DNA of 64,000 bases from positions 124,001-188,000 of the forward strand of contig NW_026926945.1 in the NCBI RefSeq assembly GCF_032062105.1, in the 5' to 3' direction. Below are positions 51,630 through 64,000 of this stretch, piece after piece. Position numbers and translations under genes: made by a program. The first letter of the stretch is position 1. Every line of letters begins with the position of its first letter. The notes under the pieces were generated by a model, which worked only from the letters and a program-made list of their open reading frames with translations, did no database searches and was not told the origin of the DNA. The stretch is from Saccostrea cucullata (taxonomy: Eukaryota).

Positions 51630-53400
51630 TATGAAGGATATAGAGATAAAGAACAGTATTCAATATCAAAGTCCATAAAACAATACAAAACAGGAGCAGA
51701 GCAAACACAGACCTCCAGAACATCAGAGGTGGTATCAGGTGTCATAGAGAAGTGAGCAACTCCTGCCGACCGGTCACACCCGCTGTGTGCTCCTTGTCAT
51801 GATCGGGATATAACGGAAAACCGTCGTCATTTCAGTGTATAAACAATGGACTAACGGTTAGCATGAAAAACGTCATTTGACTCAATGATATATTGTATTT
51901 GCTGACAAGGTCATTGTATCGACCATAGAACTTGCGAAATTATGACTTTAAACGAGACTTCTGATATTCTTGTTTCATTAACTTGTTTGTCAATAATTTA
52001 CCTCGTTTTAGAAATTGTTCATACGTAGAGCATGTTCTTGCGTATTGAATCAACTGAGAGATATAAACGCCGTATCGAATACATTGAGAGAAACGAAACC
52101 CGTATGCTGATGATAAGGATATATTCCTACCTAAGTATGAGTTGTCGACAATTGAACAAACTGAAGTTATAAAGTTTATGACAAAGCTTAGTTATAACGA
52201 TACAATTAGCTTTTGTCTGATAAATCCTATCTGAAAATAAAACACATTTCCAGATAACCGTAACAAATAGTTTGTATGCTGATATTTTACTTGAAAAAGA
52301 CATTAATAATAAATGTAATGATTTTAACTTTACAATCGTCAACTTCCCTTACTTATGCAGCAATATTCCTCCATCACCTGTATGCGGGTTTATATCTCTT
52401 AGTTGATTCGATACACAAGAAAACGTTTACGTATTCACCATTTCTAGAAAAAGGTAAATTATTGACAAACAAATTGATGAAACAAAATTACCAACAGTCT
52501 CGTTTAAAATCACCATATCTCGCTCTGTGAACGGGAGGTCGTGAGCTCGAATCTCAGCCGCAACTGACCTAAGTAAAAAATGGGTAGCAACTGTTCCTTC
52601 GCCCTGCGCTCGGCACTTAAAGTGAAAGTTACATATCCTTCGGATGCGACCTTAAAAACGGAGAATTTGTATCGCAACAGACGTTGGCACGATAATGATC
52701 CCTCACTGCTTAAGGGTGCTGAGTGCCGAGTAAAGGTAAAACATTAAGCCCTTAACAAAATAATACCATAGTTAACTATAGTTTACTAGCCTATAGTTTA
52801 CAATCAAACTTTTCAAAGTGTTCACTTTAGTGAATCAAGTTTTCAAAGTTATCATTATAGTAGATCATAGTTTTTACCATAGTTAAGCAGTTTTCATGGT
52901 GAACACTATGGTAAAGCAAAGTTTTTATAGTGAACACTATGGTAAAGCAAAGGTTTCATAGTGTCAAAGTTATCACTATATAGTTAACATTTTTTTTTGT
53001 TAGGGTTCTCCGGTATATGGTGACGTCTCTTCATGAGTATGAAATTCTCGTATGGAACGTAAAACAAAATACAATAAATCAATTGAAATCATAATTTCTT
53101 ACTAAAGTTCTCTGGCCGAGGTGTTGACCTTATCAGCAAATACAATTTATTGTTGAGTCAATTGCTTACAGTCATCTTTCATATTAATTGTTAGGCTATT
53201 ATTTACAAATGTACATTGAATTGTCAAAAGATTTTCCAGTTATTTCCCGATCATGAATAGGAGCAGGTATGATGCTTACTCCTCCATGGCACCTTATCCC
53301 ACCGCTGATGTTTTGGAGGTCCATGTCCGTTCTGCTCCTAGTTTCTATTTTTATTGAACCTTTAAGCTTGAATGCCGTTCATCTTATCATATTTGTCATC
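51630..53400. mobile_element. Inverted Penelope-like pair (51630-52080 minus; 52270-53400 plus, interrupted)
   Basis: RT C-terminus (DFNFTIVNFPYLCSNIPPSP) and 3' modules in opposite orientations. Confidence 0.8.
52515..53085 (+). mobile_element. Deu/Nin-type SINE interrupted by a CCC..GGG MITE (52749-53005)
   Basis: B-box-like gagctcgaatctc and core ccttcggatgcgacc; the SINE resumes at ttctccggtatatggtgacgtctc; MITE TIR CCCTTAACAAAA / TTTTGTTAGGG. Confidence 0.75.
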
Positions 53401-55844
53401 GAGTCGACAATAACTATTGTTAATTGATATGATATTGTCGAAATATCTAAATATTGAGTTGAAGGTGACAAAAAGTGTTTTCATCTCATGTAGAAGAATA
53501 TAAAAGTACGTCTGCTAACAAGGGTGGCACCCATGAAAATTCCAACAGCTTGTTGAAATACCCGATCTCCTAAAAAGCAGAAGTTGAAAACAAAAACGCT
53601 AGCATCATTTTAATAATAATTTCAGAGTACTTGTTTGCACATACAGAATGTTAATAACGAAACACATTTGCTCATGAACGATGAAAAGGTTAGTAAATTT
53701 AGACTGCTGGAAGATCAGGTCTCTAAACACAACATAACATTGTCAATCAGAAACTGAAGCATATACTTAGTTTCGTTTTTAAATGCTAGAACAGCCCCTC
53801 CCATGAGTAATTGTTGTCATCATAAAGTACAGGAATACGATAAATTGTTGCTCTACGTTCTTGGGAATTTCAGATTAGATTTCAATGAATTGTTAATGGT
53901 CTTATGATTTGCAGAGCATAATCAAAGGATTTAAAAATAGAACTCGAAACTTAAGCTTCAATTTCAACATCTTGTAGTCGCAATACAGTTGCAGGTGCAT
54001 AAATTTAGAATTGTGCAGAAAGAAAGGGTGAATTATTTGAGTCTGCTGAGTAGCAGATGCAGCTGTTAATTTAAAAAAAAATGAAAATCAAATAGACTTT
54101 TATCTCTTATTTATTATCGGTGAAAGTCTGGGGCGGATGTTACCGACATAAACAAGAATGAAATAAGCAACCATTTGCTCCGAGTTTCTTGTAGATTTCT
54201 TTAACATATCAAGTTCTTTTACATATATCTATATTACTGATGTTTATGCAGCTGACGTAGGTCAGTCTATGACTCTGACTTGCTCATGACATTGCAGGAC
54301 AGGGATTAATCTGAACAAGTTAATTTAAAGAAAGTTGAAACCTCCACAATGACAATGTTTTAAACCCTTCTCATGGAATTGTAGTGCTTAAAGTCTTAAG
54401 ATCGATCAATGTTTGCAATCTTCACCTTTTTCAAGCAAGCATAATCACACAGCTACTTTGTTTATAAACATAATTTTACTGCTGACCACCGTCTTATTTA
54501 TTTTGAAGTACAGTAAACGTCTTAAGCTTCCTCTTAAAAATTAAAGGTTTATCGTTGTTTCGAATAACAATGTAACTAACATAATTGTAAACTATATCAT
54601 TCACTGTATTTAACTTTCTGAACATTTTAAATAATGTGAATGTAATTGTAAAGCAGGTACATGTTATTAAATATTAGTTATTTTGCTTAAAAGGAACTGT
54701 TACAGTTGTGCCACTATCAGTCTTTATAATGTTTTGATAAAAACTACTACAATTTATTTCGGATATCCATGTACTTTAAACTAAGAGTCCTCAAATTGTT
54801 TCCTAAGAAAAGCCAAAATGTAAAATATCAATTGAATCTTTTAGATTAAGACACTTAAAATGTTTCCTTGATAAACAATTTAAAAACTCATTTTCTTCTC
54901 TTCTACAAATATTATGAAGAAAATAAATAGAAAAAATGAACTATTAATCGATAAGCACTTTACAGACGAATGAAGGGGGAATCCCTAGAAACTTCATTTT
55001 CCTTTTTTCTTCTATATTTCATGAAACGTTTTGATTGAAATTTTTAACATGTTCTAAGGATGACATTCTTCAAAACCACGTATCATTCTACAGTACTTTT
55101 TAACTCCAGTTCAGGAAGGTGGGTTTGGTTTAACGATCGACCAATCCTTCCTACACTGGATTCCTTAACGTCTTAAAATTCCTTACAAACAAAACATTGC
55201 TGGGTCCAGTAAATGCTCTGTCAAACACATTTCTTTACACATCAAAAATATTTTCCTCTGTAAAAATTTATTGAGTTACAGCATAATCAAGACTAGAAAG
55301 GGATGAAGATAACGGACGGTGACAGATCTAATAAAAAAAACTACAAACAATAAAGTTTATATGAAATAAATGGAAATAACAAACAGAATGTAAGCTCAAA
55401 AGTCTTTTTTAAAAAAATTCAAATCTTGGGCAGAGCAAACAGGGATCTCTAAAGTATAGGGATTATGTGCCGTGGATTATAATCAAGAAGTTTTTATCAC
55501 CGGTAGAATTTAAGCCAAACAATTGTTTATACTATCTTCTATTTGTTCGAAGTGTTCACGAAAAAGGATTGATTGATTTCTGACAGATAATGATGTACTT
55601 GAAAATAATAATAGTATTGGTACAGGGTTACTGAAAAAAAGACTAACAGTGCTTCAATTGTGAAACAATTAAAATGCTTCATACACAGATAAGACGTGTA
55701 CTTTTACATTCATACTGCGGGTGTGAACGGCCGGCAGGGAATGTTTATCCCTCCGTGGTACCTGATCCCACATCTGATGTTTTGCTGTGTTTCAATTTTG
55801 TTTTATTTAACTGACTTTTGAGCTTGAATACTGTTAGTTATTTG

Positions 55845-56085
55845 TGGTTAGATAGTCTGCTCTAGAGTTGCGGAGTTAAAGAGTTTCGAAGTAAGGAGTT
55901 GATCCTTACGAGGTTCCGTGTTGCAGTAGGTGCTGGCACGAAAAAGATCCCTCCCTGCTCAATGACCCTGAGTGCCGAGTATAGGACAAAATTTGCAGCT
56001 CTTCACCGGCAATTGGTTGCGTCTTCATATTAGTGAAAAATTCTCGAGAGGGACGTTAAACAATATTCCATCAATCAATCAACTG
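55845..56085 (+). mobile_element. Deu/Nin-type SINE, partial
   Basis: cgaggttccgtgttgcagtaggtgctggcacgaaaaagatccctccctgctc ... agagggacgttaaac and (ATCA)n tail. Confidence 0.8.
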
Positions 56086-57169
56086 TTCGTTATTTTCATA
56101 TGTTTCATTCAAGTGATGAAATATGGAATGTTACCTGTGTTTTTTTACAATGTAGATGGATAATGATAGCTTATTGTACTCCAAGTGATGAAAATGTATG
56201 AGTTTTTAATTCAAAATAAGACTTTAGTACACGTGTATTATTTTTCACATTTTCAATTTAGTATTTGCGTATAAGATTACTTTGAAAAAAATGTCTATAA
56301 TGGTAACAATGGAATTTTATGTCAACAATAAAGAGTAGACAGTACAATACAGTTTCTTAAATTGAACTTTATCAGAAGGAAAGATTTATCAAATATATGA
56401 TAGGTCCTCTTCTAAAAAAATATATTGAAAATATGTTTTTGTTAAGTACAGCGATTTCATGAAATGGGCTTTCCACTTCTGACACTAAGAACTGTGTTTT
56501 AAAACTTCCTCTAATTAGCTCAAAACACTGCTACATTTCGTCGAAAAGTACTCACTTTACCTTGAAGTAGCGCTGAACTGTTTTTGACAGTATTTAACAT
56601 ATAATTATTTTGTTAGATATCACTAAACATTTCTGAATTTTAATTTGTTACAGCCTCGGGCTGAAAATTATTTTTTCTTTTTTCCTAAGAGTTGCTTATT
56701 TGATTTGATTAGAAGAAGAGCAAGATGAAAAAACAGTTATCGTTATATTATCAGCGAAACATTTTCTTCAATATTTTAAAAATTTTTACAATATATTTTA
56801 TGTCGGATTTAAAAATTATTGATGATACATGTTGTATTTTTATAAACGTATTTTTCAGGTGACAACCTATCAGAAAACAGAATGTTTTAACACACGTTTT
56901 GGGGTGTGCTATGTAAAAAGAAAATATATTAATATATTTGTTTTTCTGTTTATCAAAGTAAATTTATGTATATAGAGAAACAGTAAAATCAATTTCATGT
57001 AAATTCATAAAAAAAATTTGTGTGAACACGTCATTTAAATGTATTACTTTAAAATCAAGTTAGATAATATTAATTTGATTTGGAATTATATGCTTGTTTT
57101 CAGTTCATGACAAAAATTTGAATTATAAAGACTGAGTTTGATATCTTTTCTTATACACTTGTAAAACCC

Positions 57170-57980
57170 TGGATGAAGGATATGGAGACAACGAACAACA
57201 TTCAGTATCAAAGGCCATAAAACGATACAAAATAGGAACAGAGCAAACACGGACTTTCAAAACATCAGAGGTGCCATGGAGGAGTGAGCTTCCCCTGCCG
57301 ACCGGTCACACCCACAGGCAGTCTGCTCCTTGTCATGATCAGGAAATAATGTAGAAATTTGTCGTCAATTCGTTGTATAAATAATGGACTAACAATTAGT
57401 ATAAAAAAGGTTAGTCAACATTTGACTCAATGATAAATTGTATTTGCAGACGAGGTTATTGAATCGACGATAGAACTTACGAAATGATGACTATACGAGA
57501 CTACTGATATTCTTGCTTCATCAACTTGTTTGTCAATAATTTACCTCGTTTCGGATTTTTTCATACGTAGAGCATGCTTTTGAGTTTCGAATCAACTGAG
57601 ATGTATAAACATCGTATGCAGGTGATGAAGGTAAATTGCTGCATAAGTAAGGGAAGTTATGGATATGAATATTATGAACCTTAACATTATATAGGGCCTA
57701 TATGTGAACTTCATATATACCTATATTGAAACATATGGAGAAAACGAACAGTATTCAAAATCAAAAGTCCATAAAAAATACAAAATAAGATTAGAGCAAA
57801 CACAGACCTCTAAAACACTGAAGGTGGGTTTAGGTGCCATGGAGGAGTGAGAATCCCCCGTGTGCTCCTTGTCATGATCGAGAAATAACGGAAAGACAGC
57901 CAATTCAGTGTATAAAAAATGGATTAATAATCAGTATGAAAAACGTAAGTCAGCATTTGACTCAATAACAAACTGTATTC
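57170..57980 (-). mobile_element. Two tandem Penelope-like 3' fragments
   Basis: Modules at about 57175-57370 and 57725-57910 with RT C-terminal sequence between them. Confidence 0.8.
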
Positions 57981-58640
57981 ATATGAGATCTTAGATAAAA
58001 GAATTGAAATTATAAGATTCGGGGGGTAATTTTGATTTTAGCGTTCATTGTTAGGCTCACTCCCCCATGGCACCTGATCCCACCTCTGATTGTTTGCTCT
58101 ACTACTATTTTAATGGACTTTTGTGCTCAAAAGTGTTTGTTATATCTGCATAAGTATTCAAATAAACACACTTTATATACAAAAAAGAAATCAACTTCAA
58201 TATATCTCCATTATCACAAAATATTAAAATGTTCTGTAGAAAAATTAAAAAAAATTATAAATGCGCATATACATAATGTGTTTACATGCACATTTCACTT
58301 GGCGGTGCACACACAAAAGGACAGTGTATTACAAAGTTAAAACAGAACTGTTTTAAAAATGGGCCAAGGTCGATGAAAGATCTAACATTATTTAAAAAGC
58401 TAAAAAAAAATTGTATGACATTCCTGCGTGTCAGTCATCCATGTGAATTTGACCAACGGTCTCTCGTTACATTTTATAACAAAACCGAGTAACCTCAAAA
58501 GGGAATTCATAAATCTATTTATAGTATTTAAAAACATCAACTATTTAAAAACGTCCTGTTGTCGATTTAAACAGACACAAAACAAAGACTTTGCACGGAG
58601 AGAACGGAATTAAGTTTGGAAAGGTTTTACAGCTTTATCG

Positions 58641-59291
58641 ATGCTGATAAAGACTTACTCGAGGAAATCTATCTTTTCTTGGGACTACAAGGTTGAGAAA
58701 TGCCCCTGTAGGAGAATTTGGAATGCGGAGGACATGAAAAAATTGGTCCAGATTGGACTGGTAGGGCCAGCATCTCATATAAGGGTTCACAGACCCCGGA
58801 CGCTACATTTTTTGTGGTGGAAATTTGACTACAGCTACAACCACCACTACATGGTGGTGTCTGCTACCACGGAATCACTGACAATCATACACTACGCTCC
58901 CAAGAAGATTTCTAGAATTCTTTTATTTCAGGGTGTGGCTGAAATCAAAGAGGAGACGGTGAAAATTGAAAACAACACCGACACGTTGGATTTTAAATCT
59001 GGAGTTTATCTTATCATGAAGGACAAGTACCCCAAAACCCTCAGACAAAGGAGTTACTGTGTAAAGAAGGCCAGGCGTAGACTGGGGGAGAGGCAATACT
59101 CTGTGTTCCACAATAACTGTGACAGTTTCGTGTCGTGGACTCTCCGGGGCAAGTCAATCTCTATCCAGGCCATGGAGGCCACGGGACTTCTATTGTTTAT
59201 CGGCCTACTGGCCAGGACTTCTATCAGGATCTATCGGCTTTTTAAGTCTGTTATAGACGGGGTAAATGACTTTATAGATTCTTATGGATAA
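58641..59291 (+). CDS. LRAT/PLAAT family protein, paralogue 4 (most divergent), 216 aa
   Basis: Intact ORF: GPASHIRVHRPR, YNHHYMV, TIIHY, LGERQYSVFHNNCDSFV and tail GLLLFIGLLAR; AATAAA at 59495. Confidence 0.9.
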   Translation: MLIKTYSRKSIFSWDYKVEKCPCRRIWNAEDMKKLVQIGLVGPASHIRVHRPRTLHFLWWKFDYSYNHHYMVVSATTESLTIIHYAPKKISRILLFQGVAEIKEETVKIENNTDTLDFKSGVYLIMKDKYPKTLRQRSYCVKKARRRLGERQYSVFHNNCDSFVSWTLRGKSISIQAMEATGLLLFIGLLARTSIRIYRLFKSVIDGVNDFIDSYG

Positions 59292-60809
59292 CATCAATGT
59301 AACAATTTATGATATTTATTTTTCTATGTATTGTATTTTTAACTGATTTTGCTTTTATTAAATTAATTTATTTGATTGATGCATTATGTTTAATGCCCGT
59401 TCTAACGTGTATTAAATTAAGGCACATTTCAGTGCACAAATGTTTATTAACACAGATGTATTAAGTTGCACTTTAAATGGGTGTAAACATCAAGAATAAA
59501 GTCTCAAAATTTTGTAATTCTATATGTTATTCATTTTTTAAAATTTCCTCTTCAGTGTTTTAAAGGGTTTTTCTATCTCTATATATGAGAAAATGATAAA
59601 ATTAAGATATAAAATCACAATATTATTTTTCAATTATTTTTCTCAATATTTATCAAAAACTCTTTAAAACATGATGGGATAGTAATGTTTAATCTTGTGC
59701 GTTTTCATGTAATAAAGAACAAACTGAAATGTGTGAAAAAAATGCCAACTGTGGTGTGAGATGATAAATTCACACCTGCAATAATTACATCACAACGATG
59801 CGAGACCATTATCATTCATCACTGAAGGCATGATAAATTGTTTGCAAATTGAATTTCTCTAGTGTTTAAGGAGAGTACATGTATGTAAGCGAGATTTATT
59901 ACCGCACTGAACATAAACGTTTATATTTTATAGCTACTAATTAGAATATCTACTTAATTTATATAATGCATTGTCAGTATTGTTTGATGGGGTGGCAGCA
60001 ATTCCCAAATAGTGTATATTTAATTACTTTAGAATTCATTTCGTCTCAACTGTTTTACCAATCTTGAAAAATATAAGCAATAATCCGGCCTTTTGTAAAT
60101 ATATGAATCTAACGTTTTTAATAATCAATGTGTTATCAACTAATAAAAGTACAGAATGGACAAGGTCATAAAAATTTCACGTCCAATACCCTATTTAAAT
60201 TGTAACTTCTTTTTCTCCAAAAATAAAACAGAACCACCATAACAAATGGCGTTAAATTGAAAATGTAGTATGACAGTCACTAATAATAAATACTGAAAAA
60301 ATTATGTTTCAGTTTGCAAGCATGAAATGCATTCGTGGTTATGCAAAACTTGCAATGTCATAAATTAGGTATTCATGCAAAAGCAAATATCATTGAACCT
60401 TGCACTTTTATATCAAGACGCAGACGTTCTTACTAAGTGAAAAAGAAAATGAAAAAAAAGTGTGCTAAACGTTGCTTTAAGTTTCTTTTGGAATTTATTT
60501 AACGTCCAGGTTATTCAATACACGAGGGAATGTTCTATGAACAGATAAAACAGAACGAGGAAGGAAAGAGAGAAATCAAGTGGTAATGCAAGAATGTAAA
60601 CAAAATTGTTTTCACTTATCATTGAATGCTGGAATACTGCTCCTTATCTCCATTTACGTTATACATAATTGACATGCTTTCCTCCGATGCGTCTGATGAA
60701 ACTTTTGAAAAATTTAATTGTTTTAATTGAATTAAAGTCATTATCTTTACATACCCATATGAAGGTAACAAATGATCACTTTTTACATTTAAAAAGTCTT
60801 TTGAAAAAA

Positions 60810-61285
60810 CAAAAATCAGGAATGAGAAAACACGGACCTCTTAGACAGCAGAGGGAGAGGGACAGATAACGCGGATGAATCCCCACCTACCGGGCACATC
60901 TGCCGAGTACCCGACGCTATGACCGGGCTAAAGAATCCCAAGACATTATCAGGAAGCAAACATGAATCACATAATTGCCTTGAGAGACTTCAGTCCGCAC
61001 TGGACTCCGTGATATAACGAACTTGACGACAAGATCATTGAATCGATCATAGACCTTGCCATGACTCAACATGTAATTTCCTTGTCTCATCATCTGATAT
61101 CTCAGAAGCCTTCTCCGTTTCAGAAGCTGTTTTGCAGTGCACTGCCACCATACATTGGATCGACAAATTGGATTGGACAAAATATAAAAAAAATAGGCGA
61201 CAAGGGCACTTTGCTACGCAATGGAGGGCCATTGGCAAAAGAAAAATTGAAATCACCATGCGTCTTGTTGTCAGACAACCATTAA
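60810..61285 (-). mobile_element. Divergent Penelope-like subfamily remnant
   Basis: Minus strand gives GDFNFSFANGPPLRSKVPLSP and KVYDRFNDLVVKF, aligning to DDFNFSIVNFPYLCSNIPSSP and KFYGRYNDLVSKY; diverged 3' module at 60810-60925. Confidence 0.65.
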
Positions 61286-61989
61286 TGGATCTCTAGTAAA
61301 AGCTTAATAAATTATGAAAAAATACATCGGGATTGATAGCATCTCTTTTTTAAAGCTCATTGGTACATATCAAGCCAACATATGAATTGAAAGAACTCTA
61401 TCAATCGTAAAACGATATCGATAAATTTCATACAATAGGAAGATAACGCATAATATCATGTCTTGAAGCCCATTAAACAGCACAAAATGGGAGATAAACA
61501 AATATGAACCCACAAGTATATCAGAGGCGTGAAATGCAAAAAGAAATATTTATAAAGTGAACAAAATTTAAAAACTAATAGATCTTGGTATAAGTTACAG
61601 ATCTGTTAACAATGTAGGTATAGCGTCCTCCATAAGCGTATGAAGTCATCATTTCGTAATTCTATGGTTGATATAATGACCTTGTCACAAAAACTATATT
61701 GAGTCAAATGCTGACTGTCGTTTTTCATGCTAAGTGTTAGGTTCTTAAAAATACACCGAATTAAGGATGGATTTTCCCCTTGTTTCACGATCATGATAAC
61801 GAGGCAGGTGGGACCAGTCGGCACGGGATGCTAATTCCTCCATCGCACCCGATCCAAATTTAGATGTTTTGGAGGCCCGAGCTTGCTCTACTCCTACTTA
61901 ATAATGTCTAATGGAGATTTCAATTTGAATATTGCACATTATGTTCACCATTCTCCACAATAAATTAAAGTCCATGCTTTTTCATATCA

Positions 61990-63030
61990 CCGACAGCTGC
62001 TTCTTCTAACCTCGTCATTGGTCATTTGCGAAATTATTTTCTTTTACATTCTGATTGAACACACATGTACTCTGAAGTTGCCATCAAAAAGAGGCTTGAG
62101 TTGAGGACAGCAGAGGTAACTATGATTAATGAGTGGAGGATCTAGGATTCTGATCGCCACCTCTAAAATTAATAAATGACAATATCTATATGTTTTTTTA
62201 TAGACCAGGAATTCCAACAATTTATAGGAATTCCCGTGGGTACTGATTGCACCCTCATATTAGCATTCCTTTTATGTATTCATATGAAGCAGAATTTGTA
62301 CAAAAATTCTTATGCATGAAAAAAAGAACACTTGCTGTGGCCTTTAACTCAATATTTAGATATATCGACGACGTTGTCAATTAACAATGGTATGATAATT
62401 TCCATTCTTTTGTCGATACGATATATCACGGTGAGCTTGGAATAAAACATACAACAGAGTCTCATTCATCTGTTTCAAATTTAGATTTTTTACTTGAAAA
62501 GACGTAGTATAATAGTAATCTGTCAACCAAGCTCTTTGATAAACGTGATGACTTTAACACTACAATCGTCAGCTCCCCTTACTTATGTTTATGCAGCGAT
62601 ATACCTCCATCAACTGTATACGGATTTTATATATCTCAGTTGATTCGAAACACAAGAACATTTTCTAAAACGTGGTAAATCATTAACAAACAAGATGATG
62701 AAACAAGAATATCAGCAGTCATCAGTTATGTGGTCGTATCAATGACCTTGTCGGCAAATACAATTGATCATTGAGTCAAATGCTGAATGACGTTTTTCAT
62801 ACTAATTGTTAAGCCATTATTTATACACTGAACTGACGACGGATTTTTCCCTTATTTCCAGACCATAACAATGAGCACACGGCCGTTGTGACCGGTCGAC
62901 AGGGGATGCTTACTTCTCCATGGCACATGATCCCACGTCTAATATTTATGAGGTCCGTGTTTGCGCTGCTCCTATATTATATAATTTTATGGATTTTTGA
63001 TCTTGAATACTGTTCGTTATCTCAGTATGT
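61990..63030 (+). mobile_element. Penelope-like RT remnant through stop codon and 3' module
   Basis: GIPVGTDC, FRYIDDV, DKRDDFN, ...DVFHTNC* then the module at about 62835-63025. Confidence 0.85.
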
Positions 63031-64000
63031 TTAATAAAGAATGATGAATGCTGCCTTAACTGCCCTTAAATATCTCAATATTTCTGCAATTTTATTAAGT
63101 ACGTTATAGTCTGTAATTATTGTCTGTTTAATCGTCTTACTCATTTACATGTGAATGCCATCTCTCCCATATTATTTTCCTAAAGACAAATAGAAAAACC
63201 GTCCATGTGACGACATTACATAAGCCGGTGAACACAGCAATGCATCACAAACTCCCATTCATACCATTACCTGTATTATGATTTACTAAACACTTTAACC
63301 ACATCATACTCCTCAAGAAAATGTAGTTGTTGTATATTTAAGTACATGTAGATCATTTTGAAGCTGTACTATTTTCATTATCAAGCGATTACTTCCCAAA
63401 ATGAAATGCAAAAGGTTAAGATAGCGAGAAGTAATAGCGAAAATCTATCAAGAATACAAACACACAAAGAGGGCATAAAAGACGGAAATTCCAGAGGCTG
63501 GAGCATGGATCAGGTGCTTTGGAGGAGTTAGCATCCTCTGATTGGTCACAACCGCTGTGAGTTCTATCTACTGATCCGGTTGATTGAAGTTTCAGGAGTT
63601 AAATTCACTATTAAAACATAGACTTTACAATTGATTTGAAACACGTAAAAAATACCAAATGTTAAACTGATTTTGACAATGTAATGTTCCTTCTAGTTGA
63701 TTTATACATAGGGTTCTGTGTCTTTTGTGAGCTGACCTCACCTATGGAATTTCTGTGAGTTTGTGCTTCTGCCCTTTTCACACAAATGTATTTTTCGTAG
63801 TCCTTTGAGATAGATCGTGCTCGTTAACTTTACCTTTTTATTCGAATGAAATTTTTTGTGGAAATAACATTTTAAATTCTGTTTTTGTACCAAGAAAATA
63901 ATAATGATAACATATAACAGAAGTTTGAAAATGTTTTGCATCTGCTGCTTCATTATCTAACTAGAATGATATATATGGAGATTACGAATAGTATTCAAGA

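Noticed and set aside
3053-63953. Remaining 60-110 aa ORFs in the track
   Set aside because: Low-complexity F/I/K/L-rich translations of AT-rich or repeat DNA, many with non-ATG starts and no recognisable motifs.

Overview
AT-rich eukaryotic, repeat-dense DNA. The repeat families suggest a bivalve mollusc, probably an oyster (inference). The only convincing intact coding genes are four single-ORF paralogues of the LRAT/PLAAT (HRASLS, permuted NlpC/P60, H-box/NC) family: 1624-2319(-), 20929-21588(-), 40998-41630(-) and 58641-59291(+). All four keep His/His/Cys catalytic residues but read NCDSFV rather than the usual NCEHF. The three minus-strand copies share a compact promoter of GC box, NF-kB site, STAT/GAS site and TATA. 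Copies 1 and 2 also share a distal CRE/IRF-like 15-mer. Together this suggests an immune-inducible phospholipase/acyltransferase cluster shaped by patchy gene conversion. The rest is mostly mobile-element debris: about 20 pieces of a Penelope-like (Naiad-type) retroelement with a conserved foldable 3' module, Deu/Nin-domain SINEs, an RTE-X-like LINE split by a MITE, a mariner relic, nested Harbinger MITEs and TTAA-targeting elements. There is also an old local duplication containing an inversion. No rRNA, true tRNA or CRISPR array was seen. Repeat boundaries are approximate unless TIR/TSD are given.
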